Positions 36,714-47,767 are shown, counted from the first letter of the stretch. The stretch: 64,000 nucleotides of DNA from Candidatus Latescibacterota bacterium (GCA_964291625.2 OZ220089.1:2176001-2240000), one strand, 5' to 3'. Program-made: numbers and translations. Notes: generated by a model from the letters alone, not told the origin.

Positions 36714-37567
36714 GCCGTCCCATGCCCCTCGCGGCAGCGCTGCTGTTGCTCGCGTCCCTCCCGGCCGCGGCGGCCGACTCGACGGAACTCTCCTACGAGG
36801 TCCGCTTCACCGAGGAGGAGATGACCCTGGACGGACAGGCCCTCGAGAAGAGCTGGGCCCTGGCTCCGGCCATCGAGCTGACCGACCGGCACTACCCCGG
36901 CCTGATGGCGATCGACTCCGTGAGCACGCAGGTGAAGGCCCTGTGGAACGACAAGGGGCTGCTGGTCCTCTACCACTGCCTGGACGCGGACATCCAGGCC
37001 ACCGTCACCGGGCGCGACGGGCGCGTGTACATCGACGACACCGTGGAGCTGTTCCTCGACCCGGACATGGACGGCGCGAACTACCTCCAGGTGGCGGTCA
37101 ATCCCCGCAGCGCGAGGAGGGACCTCCTCGTCCCCGAAGCAGGCGGCCGGACCTCCACGCGCAAGTGGGATTCCGGCCTCCTGTGCGCGGTCACCGGAGA
37201 GCGCACCGTCCTGGACCGGTCGGACCGGGACGAGTGGTGGACGGTGGAGATGTTCCTTCCCTGGAGCGGCCTGGGCAGGAAGGCCCTGGAGTTGCGTTGG
37301 GAGAGGGATGGCGTCAGCCACGAGGTGGACGCGAGGGACGTGCTGGGCGAACGGGCGGTCCCTCCCAAGGCCGGCGACAGGTGGAAGGCCAACTTCAATC
37401 GCTTCGACCAGGGCCGGGGAGAGGCCAAGGTGATCACCGATGACGAGGGGGGCCAGATCGGGTACAAGGACGGAGACGTGGCCAGCGGGTGGGGGGTCTC
37501 CCCCACCTCGGGATCCTTCCACGAACCGGAGTACTGGGGAGTACTGGTATTCGTCAAGGAGGAATAG
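36710..37567 (+). CDS. Secreted carbohydrate-binding family 9-like (DOMON-fold) protein
   Basis: Signal peptide MSRPMPLAAALLLLASLPAAAA; LDG...W, VKALWN, DTVELFLDP, WTVEMFLPW, P..GD.WKANFNR, FH.PE.WG.L.F; ATGA overlap with the ATPase. Confidence 0.78.
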   Translation: MSRPMPLAAALLLLASLPAAAADSTELSYEVRFTEEEMTLDGQALEKSWALAPAIELTDRHYPGLMAIDSVSTQVKALWNDKGLLVLYHCLDADIQATVTGRDGRVYIDDTVELFLDPDMDGANYLQVAVNPRSARRDLLVPEAGGRTSTRKWDSGLLCAVTGERTVLDRSDRDEWWTVEMFLPWSGLGRKALELRWERDGVSHEVDARDVLGERAVPPKAGDRWKANFNRFDQGRGEAKVITDDEGGQIGYKDGDVASGWGVSPTSGSFHEPEYWGVLVFVKEE

Positions 37568-37569
37568 CC

Positions 37570-40035
37570 ATGCTGCGCAACCAATGGATCATCGCCTGGC
37601 GCAACCTGATGCGCCACCGCCTGCATACGGCCATCAACCTCGCCGGCCTCGGCCTGGGCATGGCCTTCTGCCTCCTCGCCTGGCGCTTCGCCTCCCAGGA
37701 GTGGTCCTTCGACCGCTTCCACGGCAAGGGCGACCGGATCTACCGCGTCTACATGGAGATCACCCTGCCGGAGATGGGGAAGATCGCCTCGGCCGACATG
37801 ATCGAGCTGGCCTTCTCCCCCGAGCTGGAGGCCCTCTCGCCCCTCGTGGAGCGGACCGTCCGCCTCAGCTCGGGTGAGGGGAGCGACAAGAGCGACCGCT
37901 TCGTGCGCACCACCTTCGGCGGCGCCTCCAGCGACGAGGAGATCCTCCTCGTCGATCCCTCCTTCTTCGAGGTCTTCGACTTCCCCCTGCGGCTGGGCGA
38001 CGCGGCCACGGCGCTAACGGATCGCAACTCGGTCGTCCTCGGCCACGAGATGGCCCAACGGCTCTTCGGCGGCGCCGATCCGCTGGGGCAGAGCCTCAGC
38101 CTGGTCTCTCCGGACTGGGACAGAGCCGAGGACTACACCATCACCGGCGTGGCGGCACCGGTCCCGCGCACCTCGTCGATCCGCTTCAACATGCTGCTGC
38201 CCTTCGACAACTCGGAGTTCCTCTTCATGGACTCCCCGGACGAGTGGGAGGGCACCTGCAACGCCTACGTCCTCCTGAAGCCGGGCGCCGACCCCGCCGA
38301 CTTGGCGCCGGCCCTCGCGCAGCTCGGCCAGACCTGGCTGCGAATCCACGAGGACGACCTGCCGGCCGACTTCCCGGAGGACGCCTCGCCCTACCGCCTG
38401 CAGCCACTCACCGGCCTGCGCTCCGACACCGGCCTGCTGCGATGGGTCGGCCACGGCGTCGTGGAGCCGAGGGACCCCTACGTCTCCTACATCCTCGGCA
38501 GCATCGCCCTGGCGGTCCTGCTGATGGGGTGCATCAACTTCGTCAACCTCGCCATCGGCCGGGCCTCGCTGCGGGCGGCCGAGGTGGGCGTGCGCAAGGC
38601 GGTGGGCGCCGGCCGCGGCCACCTGATGCGCCAGTTCGTCGGCGAGGCGGCGGTGCTCTCCGTCCTCGGGCTGGGCGCCGGCTGCGGCCTCGCCGAGCTG
38701 CTCCGGCCGGCCTTCAACGCCACCTTCTCCCAGGAGCTGTCCCTCGGTCTGACCCAGCCGGGCACCCTCGGCGCGCTGGCGGCCCTGCTGGTGCTCGTCA
38801 GCCTCGGGGCCGGGTGGTATCCGGCCCTCGTCCTCTCGCGCCTGGCGCCGATGAGCGCCATCCGGCGCAGCCTGTCCACCTCCGGGATCACCCGCATCAG
38901 CCGCGTCCTCGTGGGCGTGCAGCTGGCCATCTCCGTGGCCCTCATCACCTGCACCCTGATCATGTACCACCAGCTCGACCACGTCATGGCCCGCGACATG
39001 GGACTCGACCAGGAGCGCGTCATCGCCGTCCACACGGAGCCCGTCAACCACTTCGATCAGATCCGGCTCGTGGAGCCGATGCTGAACCACCACCGCATCG
39101 CCTCCATCACCCTGTCGGACGACGACTTCCTGCGGGACGAGTATCCCTCCGACTACCGGGTCGTGACCCTCGAGGGCCGCGAGTCGAAGACCCGCCGCTA
39201 CATGGTCGACCACCAGTTCGTGAAGACCATGGGCCTGGAGGTGATCCAGGGCCGCGACTTCTCGCAGGCCAAGGGGGACAAGGAGAGCGTGGTCCTCATC
39301 TCCGAGAGCGCCGTCGCCCCCCTCGGACTCGCCGACCCCGTGGGCGAGACGGTCGAGCTGATGCGCGTCTCCCCCTCGGGCCGCAAGTCCCGGGGCCACT
39401 ACCGCATCGTCGGCGTGGTCAAGGACTTCACCTTCGAGTCGGGCTACGAAGAGGCCCCGCCGGGCCTGCTGGCGCTCCATCCCGGCCTGCCCGGCGAAGG
39501 GGAGCTCATGCTCGTGCGCGTCAAGCCGGGCGACCTGCAGGAGGTCCTTCAGCACCTGCGGCAGGCGTGGAGCGGCGTCGTCGACTACACCGACTTCGAC
39601 TTCTCCTTCCTGCAGCAGGACCTGGAGGCCGCCTACCGCGACGAGCTGCGCTGGCGCCGCGTCATCACCTGGGCCGCCGCCGGCGCCGTCCTCATCTCCG
39701 CCCTCGGCGCCTTCGCCCTCACCGCCCTCGCCGTCGGACGCCGCACCAAGGAGATCGGCATCCGCAAGGCCCTCGGCGCCACCGTCGTCGGCCTCACCGC
39801 CCTCATGGCCCGCGAGTTCGCCTGGCTCGGCCTCCTCGGCGCCGCCGCCGCCTGCCCCCTCGCCGGGTGGTGGATGCGCGACTGGCTCGACGGCTTCGCC
39901 TTCCGCATCGACCTGGCCCCCTGGCACTTCGCCGCCGGGACCGCCATCGCGTTGGTCGCGGTCCTGGTCAGCGCCGGGCACCAAGCCTGGCGGGCGGCCC
40001 GGGCCGACCCGGTGCGGGCCCTGCGATACGAGTGA
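37570..40035 (+). CDS. MacB/FtsX-family duplicated ABC permease 8
   Basis: Start MLRNQWIIAWRNL after AAGGAGG; CINFVNL, EVGVRK, EIGIRK, DPVRALRYE. Confidence 0.92.
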   Translation: MLRNQWIIAWRNLMRHRLHTAINLAGLGLGMAFCLLAWRFASQEWSFDRFHGKGDRIYRVYMEITLPEMGKIASADMIELAFSPELEALSPLVERTVRLSSGEGSDKSDRFVRTTFGGASSDEEILLVDPSFFEVFDFPLRLGDAATALTDRNSVVLGHEMAQRLFGGADPLGQSLSLVSPDWDRAEDYTITGVAAPVPRTSSIRFNMLLPFDNSEFLFMDSPDEWEGTCNAYVLLKPGADPADLAPALAQLGQTWLRIHEDDLPADFPEDASPYRLQPLTGLRSDTGLLRWVGHGVVEPRDPYVSYILGSIALAVLLMGCINFVNLAIGRASLRAAEVGVRKAVGAGRGHLMRQFVGEAAVLSVLGLGAGCGLAELLRPAFNATFSQELSLGLTQPGTLGALAALLVLVSLGAGWYPALVLSRLAPMSAIRRSLSTSGITRISRVLVGVQLAISVALITCTLIMYHQLDHVMARDMGLDQERVIAVHTEPVNHFDQIRLVEPMLNHHRIASITLSDDDFLRDEYPSDYRVVTLEGRESKTRRYMVDHQFVKTMGLEVIQGRDFSQAKGDKESVVLISESAVAPLGLADPVGETVELMRVSPSGRKSRGHYRIVGVVKDFTFESGYEEAPPGLLALHPGLPGEGELMLVRVKPGDLQEVLQHLRQAWSGVVDYTDFDFSFLQQDLEAAYRDELRWRRVITWAAAGAVLISALGAFALTALAVGRRTKEIGIRKALGATVVGLTALMAREFAWLGLLGAAAACPLAGWWMRDWLDGFAFRIDLAPWHFAAGTAIALVAVLVSAGHQAWRAARADPVRALRYE

Positions 40036-40045
40036 GGAAACCAAG

Positions 40046-42487
40046 ATGCTGCGATTCTATCTGCTCGTTGCCCTCCGAACGCTGCGGCGGCACAAGAGCC
40101 ACAGTTTCATCAACCTCTTCGGCCTGAGCATCGGCGTCGCCTGCTGCGTCCTGATCTACCTGTACGTCGACCACGAGTTGCGCCACGACGCCTTTCACGA
40201 GAAGGGCGAACGGGTATACAGGCTTCTGCTCGAGGACGGGGAAGAGAGGGAGACCGGCACGCTCTTCCCCGGTGCCATGACGCAACCGGTCGCCGAGAGC
40301 ATACCCGGTGTGAGGGTGGCGGCCTTCATCCGCTCCACGGCGCGGGTGCGATGGCAGGACTCGGTGCTGGACGAGCAGATCGGTCTGGTGAGCCCGGACT
40401 TCCTCGAGGTCTTCACCTTTCCCCTCCTGCACGGTGATCCCCGAACAGCCGTGGAGAGTCGGGATGCGGTCGTGATCACCCGAACCGCGGCGGCGCGACT
40501 CTTCGGCGAGCATGGAGCAGGACTCTCCGACGTCATCGGTCGAACCATCTCGGTGAAAGACAGGGACCACATCGTCACCGGTGTTCTCGAGGACGTGCCG
40601 CCGGCCTCAAGCCTGCGCTTCGACTATCTCGTCTCCTACGAGAATCGCCGGAGTTACTCCCTCCATAGAAACAATGTGGGAGAAACCTCGATCTTCGTCG
40701 AACTCGGGGAGGGGACCGATGTTCGGGGCGTCGAAGAGGCGTTGACCACGCTGACTCGAACACAGCTCATCTCCTTCATTCAGAGCGGATGGCCGGTCTC
40801 GGCGCCACCCGAACTCCTGTCACAGGCCCTGGGGGACCTCCGGGCCCGACTCACCGACGAGCGCCTGGGGGCGTATGCCGTCACTCTGCAGCCTCTCTCG
40901 AAGGTCCACCTCGACCGGGACGTCGACAGCCACTACGTCGTGCTGGGTAACTCGACCTACGCCTGGATGCTGTCGGGGATGGGTCTGGTGGTGCTCCTGG
41001 TGGCGTGCATCAATTTCACCACCCTGTCCATCGGCGTGTCGGCGGGCCGTGCGCTGGAAGTCGGCGTCCGCAAGGTCCTGGGAGGCCAGCGGAAGCAGTT
41101 GATCGGCCAGTTCTGGGGCGAGGCCCAACTGCTGGTACTCGGAGCGGCTGTCTGCGGAGTGGGCGTGGCAGCCTGGGCGTTGCCGGCCTTCGCTTCGCTG
41201 GTCGAGAAACCCCTGTCCATGGCGCAGTTGGAGGGCTGGCGAGGTCCCGCCTTCCTGCTCGCCATGCTCCTCGTGACAGGCGTGGCCGCCGGGTGCTACC
41301 CGGCGATCGTGCTGTCCCGGCCCCGGGCCGTGGCGGTGCTGAAGGGGAGGGGCGGCCGACCGCTTCGCAGGCGGTTCATGCAGTCCATGCTGCTCATCCA
41401 GTACGCCCTCGCCGTGGGGCTGATGGCCGCCGCCGTGATGGTCACCCGCCAGTGGGATTTCATGCGAACCGGCAATCTGGGCTTCGACCGCGAGCACGTG
41501 CTTGTCGTGGCGGTTCCTGGCGAGGACCAGGCAAGGCGCTTCCAGGAGGCGGCCAGCGGACTCAGCTCCGTGGTGAGCACGGGTGCGAGCGACCGCTCCT
41601 TCACCAGCGGCAGTCAATCGGTCGGGCTGAAGACTGGCGGATCGACTCACACCCCCATCCGGGTGATCCGCGTCGATCCCGGCTACCTGCCAACCCTCGG
41701 GATGGAGCTGGCGGCGGGAAGAAACTTCGACGAGGGGCGCGCCGCGGACGCCGTGGGAACGGCCATCATCAATGAGCGGTTCGCGGATCTCGTTGGATGG
41801 GCTGATCCGCTGGGGCGCACCCTTCCGATCTCGACAATCAACAACGAGCCGCAACCGACGGTGATCGGCGTCGTGAGGGACTTCCACTTCGACGCCCTGC
41901 ACCGGCCGATCCAGCCGCTCTTCCTGACCCAGAACCCGGCCTACCACGGGTTGTACCATGTCTTTGTACGTCTCCATCCCGGGGCTCCAGAGCAGATGCT
42001 GGGAGAACTCCAGGAAGTCTGGAACAGGGTGGTTCCCGAGGAGCCTTTCCAGTGGTCCTTCCTCGATGCGAACCTCCAAGCCCAATACAGGGAGGAGCAA
42101 CGCTGGACGAGAATCCTCGGTCTCTCTGCCGGCTTCGTGATCGTGATCACCTGCCTGGGCCTTCTGGGTCAGGTGACGATGGCGGTGGCCCGGCGGACCA
42201 AGGAGATCGGCATCCGCAAGGTGCTGGGGGCGACGGTCCCCCAGGTCGTCAGGCTGATGGCGGCGGAATCGACGGCCCTCCTGGTTCTTGCCAGCACCCT
42301 GAGCTGGCCGCTGAGCTACATGGCGCTGCGCACCTGGCTCGAGAACTTCCCCTATCGGATCGACCTGGCTCCGTGGGTCTTCGCTCTCTCCACCGGGGCC
42401 GTGATGACCCTGACCCTGGCGCTCGTGGCCCTGGCATCGGCCGGCGCGGCCCGGCGCCCCCCGGCGGACTGTCTGCGATACGAGTGA
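40046..42487 (+). CDS. MacB/FtsX-family duplicated ABC permease 9
   Basis: 813 aa, INLFGLSIG, CINF, EVGVRK, GVVRDFHF, EIGIRK. Confidence 0.92.
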   Translation: MLRFYLLVALRTLRRHKSHSFINLFGLSIGVACCVLIYLYVDHELRHDAFHEKGERVYRLLLEDGEERETGTLFPGAMTQPVAESIPGVRVAAFIRSTARVRWQDSVLDEQIGLVSPDFLEVFTFPLLHGDPRTAVESRDAVVITRTAAARLFGEHGAGLSDVIGRTISVKDRDHIVTGVLEDVPPASSLRFDYLVSYENRRSYSLHRNNVGETSIFVELGEGTDVRGVEEALTTLTRTQLISFIQSGWPVSAPPELLSQALGDLRARLTDERLGAYAVTLQPLSKVHLDRDVDSHYVVLGNSTYAWMLSGMGLVVLLVACINFTTLSIGVSAGRALEVGVRKVLGGQRKQLIGQFWGEAQLLVLGAAVCGVGVAAWALPAFASLVEKPLSMAQLEGWRGPAFLLAMLLVTGVAAGCYPAIVLSRPRAVAVLKGRGGRPLRRRFMQSMLLIQYALAVGLMAAAVMVTRQWDFMRTGNLGFDREHVLVVAVPGEDQARRFQEAASGLSSVVSTGASDRSFTSGSQSVGLKTGGSTHTPIRVIRVDPGYLPTLGMELAAGRNFDEGRAADAVGTAIINERFADLVGWADPLGRTLPISTINNEPQPTVIGVVRDFHFDALHRPIQPLFLTQNPAYHGLYHVFVRLHPGAPEQMLGELQEVWNRVVPEEPFQWSFLDANLQAQYREEQRWTRILGLSAGFVIVITCLGLLGQVTMAVARRTKEIGIRKVLGATVPQVVRLMAAESTALLVLASTLSWPLSYMALRTWLENFPYRIDLAPWVFALSTGAVMTLTLALVALASAGAARRPPADCLRYE

Positions 42488-42493
42488 AGCCGA

Positions 42494-44920
42494 ATGCTAC
42501 TTAGCTACCTGACAGTCGCCTGGCGAAACATGTCCCGCCAGTGGCTCCACTCCCTCATTGCGATTCTCGGACTCGCCGTCGGCATGTCCACGTGCAGCCT
42601 GGTTGCGGACCTGATCCGCCATGAGTTGAGCTACGATCGCTTCCACGAGAAGGCGGACCGGATCTTCAGGGTGACTCTGAAAGTGAGCAAGGGGGAGTCC
42701 GAGAGGAATCTGGCGACGATCAGGCTGAGAGCGCTGCGGGATCTCAATGCCAGGTATCCGGAGTTCCAATCCAGCGTGGGGCTCTTCGGGTTCGCCCTAT
42801 CCGAGGAGGTCGTGGTAACAAGGGGAGGCGACCGTTTCCTCGAGGAACCTTCCCGACTCACAGCCGTGGACGGTGACTTCTTCGCTGTCTTCAGCTTCAC
42901 CCTGCTGAAGGGCAATCCCGAGACGGCATTGAAAGGTAACGGGCGCGTCGTCATCACCGAGACTACTGCGGCCAGGTACTTTGGTCACGCCGACCCCCTT
43001 GGCCAGGAGATACACCTCCCGTACGAAGGCGGCACAAGGGCCGTTGTGTCAGGCGTCATCGAAGACTTCCCCCCCAACTCCCATCTGGACTTCGACTTTC
43101 TCTTCTCTCCGCAACAGCAAGGTCTTCCCGGAGGTTTCCTCGACCTTGTACGGGCGCACTTCTACGTGGTGCTTCCAAGTGGGACGGATGTCGCGGAAGT
43201 GACAGACAAGCTGCAACTGACCCACCAGGAGTGCCAGAATGCAGCCCCCGGTCGAGCCAGCGATGACATCACCTGCGATGTGGACCTTCAACCGCTCGCC
43301 GACGTCCACCTCTCCTCCGGGCTGGAGCACGACTGGGGGACGACCCGGACCTTGAGTGATCTGTATGAGTATGGAGGCATAGCGTGTGTCATATTGCTGA
43401 TAGGATGCCTCAACTTCATCAGTATGTCGACCAACCAGGGGGTTGGACGTGCGCGGGAAGTCGGTCTGCGCAAGGCCATCGGCGCTGAACGTCGTTCCTT
43501 GATTCTGCAATTCTATTGCGAGTCGACCCTCCATTCCCTGGCAGCGTTGCTCTTGGCGATTCCGCTGGCCGAAGCACTTGTACCGTTGGTCAACTCGGTC
43601 GTTGGTGACGAATTCAGGCCCGGGGCCTACGCCAATTGGGAGACATGGGTGGTCATGCTCGGCGTTGCATTGCTCGTAGGGGCTGTCTCGAGTACGTATC
43701 CCTCACTACTGCTCTCTCGCCTGAGAGTAGTCGAGAGCATAAAGGGCCGCCACTTCAGCGGCGCCAGTCAGAGCGGGGTGCGCAAGATAGTGACAGTGCT
43801 GCAGTTCGGCACCGCCACCGCATTCGTAGGAGCGGCAGGTGTGGCCTACGATCAGGTGGAGTACCTCGGGGTGAAGGACCTTGGATTCGCGCCGGACAGG
43901 ATCCTGGTCGTCGACGGAGGAATCAACCAGTGGAACCTCGGGCTGTTCAAGAGTGAACTCCTGGAGAGCCCGAAGATCGCCGGCGTATCGGGTGTCTCCA
44001 GCAGCCCGGCGCGGCAGGCTCCTTCGACAGCAAGGAGATGCACCGGAAGCGGAGTCGGATCCGGGCCCATTGACTGTGATCTGCTGTTTGTGGACGAAGA
44101 CCTGGTGGACTTGATGGATCTGAAGATGGTTTCTGGAGCGGGTTTTGACGGGAGGCACGGATCTGGCGAGTCACCTGTCTTGATAAACGAGAGGGCTGCC
44201 CGAGAGTGGGGATGGGCGGACCCCGTGGGCAAGACGGTCGAGTTCGAGTTCTGGAGGCAGAGCCGGAAGGCGCAGGTTGCCGGTGTTGTCAAGGACTTCC
44301 ACTGGCATGCACTACATGAGGAAATGCGACCCATGGTGTTGGTAATGCACTCGGAGGCGATTCCCGCCAGTACGGTGAACAAGACCTTCGTCAAGCTCCA
44401 TGATGATGAATCGCTGCGGGAGACGATCTCCCTGGTCAGAGAGAAGTGGGAAGAGGTTGCCGCGGTCCAGGGCGATTTCTCGTACGCATTCCTCCAGGAG
44501 GAACTGGATGAACTGTATCGTCAGGATATCCAGGACGCACGGGTCTTCGGGCTTCTGGCGGGCTTCGCAATGCTCACGGCCTGCCTGGGTTTGTTCGGTT
44601 TGGCATCGTACCGTACCGAGATCCGCAAGAGAGAAATCGCCATCCGGAAGGTGGTGGGTGCCTCCACGGGGCGCGTTGTGCTCATGTTGATTGGAGAGTT
44701 CGGGGAATTGGCCTTGGTCGGGAATCTGGTCGCATTGCCGGTCGTGTACTACAGCATGGCGATGTGGCTCCAGAATTTCGCCTATCGCGTTGATATCTGG
44801 TCTCAATTCCTCGCGGCTGCGATACTGCTGGGGATGGCCATCGCATTCGTGCCGGTAGCATTCCATTCGGCAGGAGCTGCGCTCAGCAACCCGATCGACA
44901 ACATACGGCTGGGGGAATAA
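42494..44920 (+). CDS. MacB/FtsX-family duplicated ABC permease 10 (lower GC)
   Basis: 808 aa, EVGLRK, GVVKDFHW, EIAIRK; atypical codon usage. Confidence 0.9.
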   Translation: MLLSYLTVAWRNMSRQWLHSLIAILGLAVGMSTCSLVADLIRHELSYDRFHEKADRIFRVTLKVSKGESERNLATIRLRALRDLNARYPEFQSSVGLFGFALSEEVVVTRGGDRFLEEPSRLTAVDGDFFAVFSFTLLKGNPETALKGNGRVVITETTAARYFGHADPLGQEIHLPYEGGTRAVVSGVIEDFPPNSHLDFDFLFSPQQQGLPGGFLDLVRAHFYVVLPSGTDVAEVTDKLQLTHQECQNAAPGRASDDITCDVDLQPLADVHLSSGLEHDWGTTRTLSDLYEYGGIACVILLIGCLNFISMSTNQGVGRAREVGLRKAIGAERRSLILQFYCESTLHSLAALLLAIPLAEALVPLVNSVVGDEFRPGAYANWETWVVMLGVALLVGAVSSTYPSLLLSRLRVVESIKGRHFSGASQSGVRKIVTVLQFGTATAFVGAAGVAYDQVEYLGVKDLGFAPDRILVVDGGINQWNLGLFKSELLESPKIAGVSGVSSSPARQAPSTARRCTGSGVGSGPIDCDLLFVDEDLVDLMDLKMVSGAGFDGRHGSGESPVLINERAAREWGWADPVGKTVEFEFWRQSRKAQVAGVVKDFHWHALHEEMRPMVLVMHSEAIPASTVNKTFVKLHDDESLRETISLVREKWEEVAAVQGDFSYAFLQEELDELYRQDIQDARVFGLLAGFAMLTACLGLFGLASYRTEIRKREIAIRKVVGASTGRVVLMLIGEFGELALVGNLVALPVVYYSMAMWLQNFAYRVDIWSQFLAAAILLGMAIAFVPVAFHSAGAALSNPIDNIRLGE

Positions 44921-47397
44921 GTGCTGCGCAACTACCTGGTCATCGCCGTGCGCAACCTGATGCGCCACCGCCTGCACACGGCCATCAACCTCGCGGGACT
45001 GAGCCTGGGCCTGGCCTTCTGCCTGCTCGCCTGGCGCTTCGCCTCCCAGGAGTGGTCCTTCGACCGCTTCCACGGCAAGGCCGGCCGGATCTATCGCGTC
45101 GTCTCTCTGTTCCAGGGCCCCGAAGGGGCGCCGATGCAGACGGCCGATGCGACCCCGTTCGCCTTCGCGCCGCAGCTGGAGGCCCTCTCCCCCCACGTGG
45201 AGCGCACCGTCCGTCTCAGCGCCGCGAGAGGCAGCGACAGAGACGACCGAGTGGTGCGCACCACCTTCGAGGGCAGCTCCCAAGACGAGGAGTTCCTCCT
45301 CGTCGATCCCTCGTTCCTCGAGGTCTTCGACTTCCCGCTGCTGCGGGGGGACGCCTCCACGGCCCTGGCCGAGCGCAACTCCGTCGTCCTGGGCCACGAG
45401 ATGGCTCGGCGCCTCTTCGGCGACGCCGATCCGCTGGGGCAGAGCCTGACGATCGCCTCGCTGGCCACCGTCGATGTGGAGGACTTCATCATCACCGGGG
45501 TGGCCGCACCGGTCCCGCGCACCTCGTCGATCCGCTTCAACATGCTGCTGCCAATACGGACCTTCTATTCCACGACTCGCCGGACGCGTGGGAAGGCTCC
45601 TGCAATGCCTACGTCCTGCTCGCGGACGGCTCGGCCGCCGCCGACGTGGTGCCGGCCCTCGCGCAGATGACGCGGAACCTGCTCCCCTCCGGAGAAGGGG
45701 AGATGCCCGAGGACTTCTCCATCTACCATCTGCAACCGCTCACCGACCTGCGCTCGGACACGGGCCTGATGCGATGGGTCGGGCACGGCGTTGTCGAACC
45801 GAGGGACCCGTACGTCTCCTACGTGCTCGGCGGCATCGCCCTGGCGGTGCTGCTGATGGGCTGCATCAACTTCGTCAACCTGGCCATCGGGCGAGCCTCC
45901 CAGCGCGCCCCCGAGGTGGGCGTGCGCAAGGCGGTGGGCGCCGGACGGGACCAGCTGATCCGCCAGTTCATCGGCGAGTCCTCGGTGCTCGCCGTCCTCG
46001 GGCTCGGTGCCGGCTGCGTGCTGGCGGCGCTGCTGCTGCCGGCCTTCAACGCCACCTTCTCCCACGAGCTTGACCTCGGCCTGCTTGAACCGGGCATGCT
46101 GGCCGCACTGGCGGCGCTGCTGCTGCTCGTCAGCCTGGGGGCCGGCTGGTATCCGGCCCTCGTCCTCTCCCGGCTGGCGCCCCTGAGCGCGATCCAGCGA
46201 AGCGTCTCCATGGCCGGAACGGCGCGGTTCAGCCGCGTGCTCGTCTGTGCGCAGCTGGCCATCTCCGCGGGCCTGATCACCTGCACCTTGGTCATGTACC
46301 ACCAGCTCGAGCACGTCATGGCCCGCGACGTGGGCATGGACCAGGAGCGGGTCATCGCCGTGCATGCCGCAGCTCTCTACGACATGGACCCCGACCATCC
46401 AGCGCTCGTGGAGGCGTTCCTGCGGCATCACCGGATCGCCTCGGCCACCCTGGTGGACGAAGACTTCCTGGAGGATCCCCACGGTAGTGTCGACCTGGCC
46501 GTGGCGGAGAGCGGACGGGAGACGAAGGTCCGCCCCTATGTGGTCGATCACAACTTCGTCCGGACCATGGACCTGGAGCTGCTGCGCGGCCGCGACTTCT
46601 CGGTGCAGCAAGGCGACAAGCAGGGTCTGGCTCTGATTTCCGAGAGCGCCGCGGCGCGCCTGGGGCTGTCCGACCCCATCGATCAGATGATCAAGGTGGG
46701 GTCGATGAGGAACTCGGAGCTCAGCCAGATCAGCGGTGCACGCGGAGACGGGGCCCGGATCGTCGGCGTCGTCAAGGACTTCACCTTCGAGTCGGGCTAC
46801 GAGGAGGCCCCGCCGGGCCTGCTGCTGCTCAACCCCCACCTGGGGCCGGACATCTACGAGGCAGAACTCATGCTCGTGCGCGTCAAGCCGGGAGACCTGC
46901 AGGAGGTCATCCGTTACATGGACGAGACGTGGACCCGGATCGTCGACCACGCGGACTTCCACTTCTCCTTCCTGCAGCAGGACCTGGAGGCCGCCTACCG
47001 CGACGAGCTGCGCTGGCGCCGCGTCATCACCTGGGCCGCCGCCGGCGCCGTCCTCATCTCCGCCCTCGGCGCCTTCGCCCTCACCGCCCTCGCCGTCGGG
47101 CGCCGCACCAAGGAGATCGGCATCCGCAAGGCCCTCGGCGCCACCGTCGTCGGCCTCACCGCCCTTATGGCCCGCGAGTTCGCCTGGCTCGGCCTCCTCG
47201 GCGCCGCCGCCGCCTGCCCCCTCGCTTGGTGGTGGATGCGCGACTGGCTCGACGGCTTCGCCTTCCGCATCGACCTGGCCCCCTGGCACTTCGCCGCCGG
47301 GACCGCCATCGCCTTGGCAGCGGTCCTGATCAGCGCCGGGCACCAGGCCTGGCGGGCGGCCCGGGCGGACCCGGTGCGGGCGCTGCGATACGAATAG
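44921..47397 (+). pseudogene. MacB/FtsX-family permease 11, frameshifted at ~45552; close paralog of permease 8
   Basis: ORFs 44921..45670 and 45052..47397 carry the N- and C-parts; alignment with permease 8 (MLLPFDNSEFLF) indicates 7 nt missing. Confidence 0.85.
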
Positions 47398-47658
47398 CGT
47401 ATCTCGCAACGTATTGTGCCGCAATCGGTTATCACGCGACGGGACAATAAGATCAGACGACTGACTCTAACGGCTCGACACAGCCCAAGAGCCTATCCTG
47501 GCCGTTGAGGTGAAGAGGCAGGACCGCTATCACAACATCATACAGGGCCGCCGCGGAGCCGGGGGTGAGTTGTTGTGACCGAGGTGGCGTTCCCCTCAGC
47601 GCACTGACCGACCTCCGGCGCCCTCAAGCCAGGATCCCGCGCGCCCGCATCCCCCGGC

Positions 47659-47767
47659 TGTCCGCCAGCGGACAGCGATTGTAGCACCTGCGGACAGCCC
47701 CGCAGCGCCCTCCCTTTCCATAAGTCACGGCGGCTCAACCACTAACGACCGTGGCACGCAGGTTGCG
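47659..47767 (+). promoter_or_regulatory. Sigma-54 promoter plus upstream activator site for permease 12
   Basis: TGTCC-GCCAGC-GGACA at 47659 followed by TGTAG-N7-GGACA; TGGCAC-GCAGG-TTGCG at 47752-47767. Confidence 0.78.
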
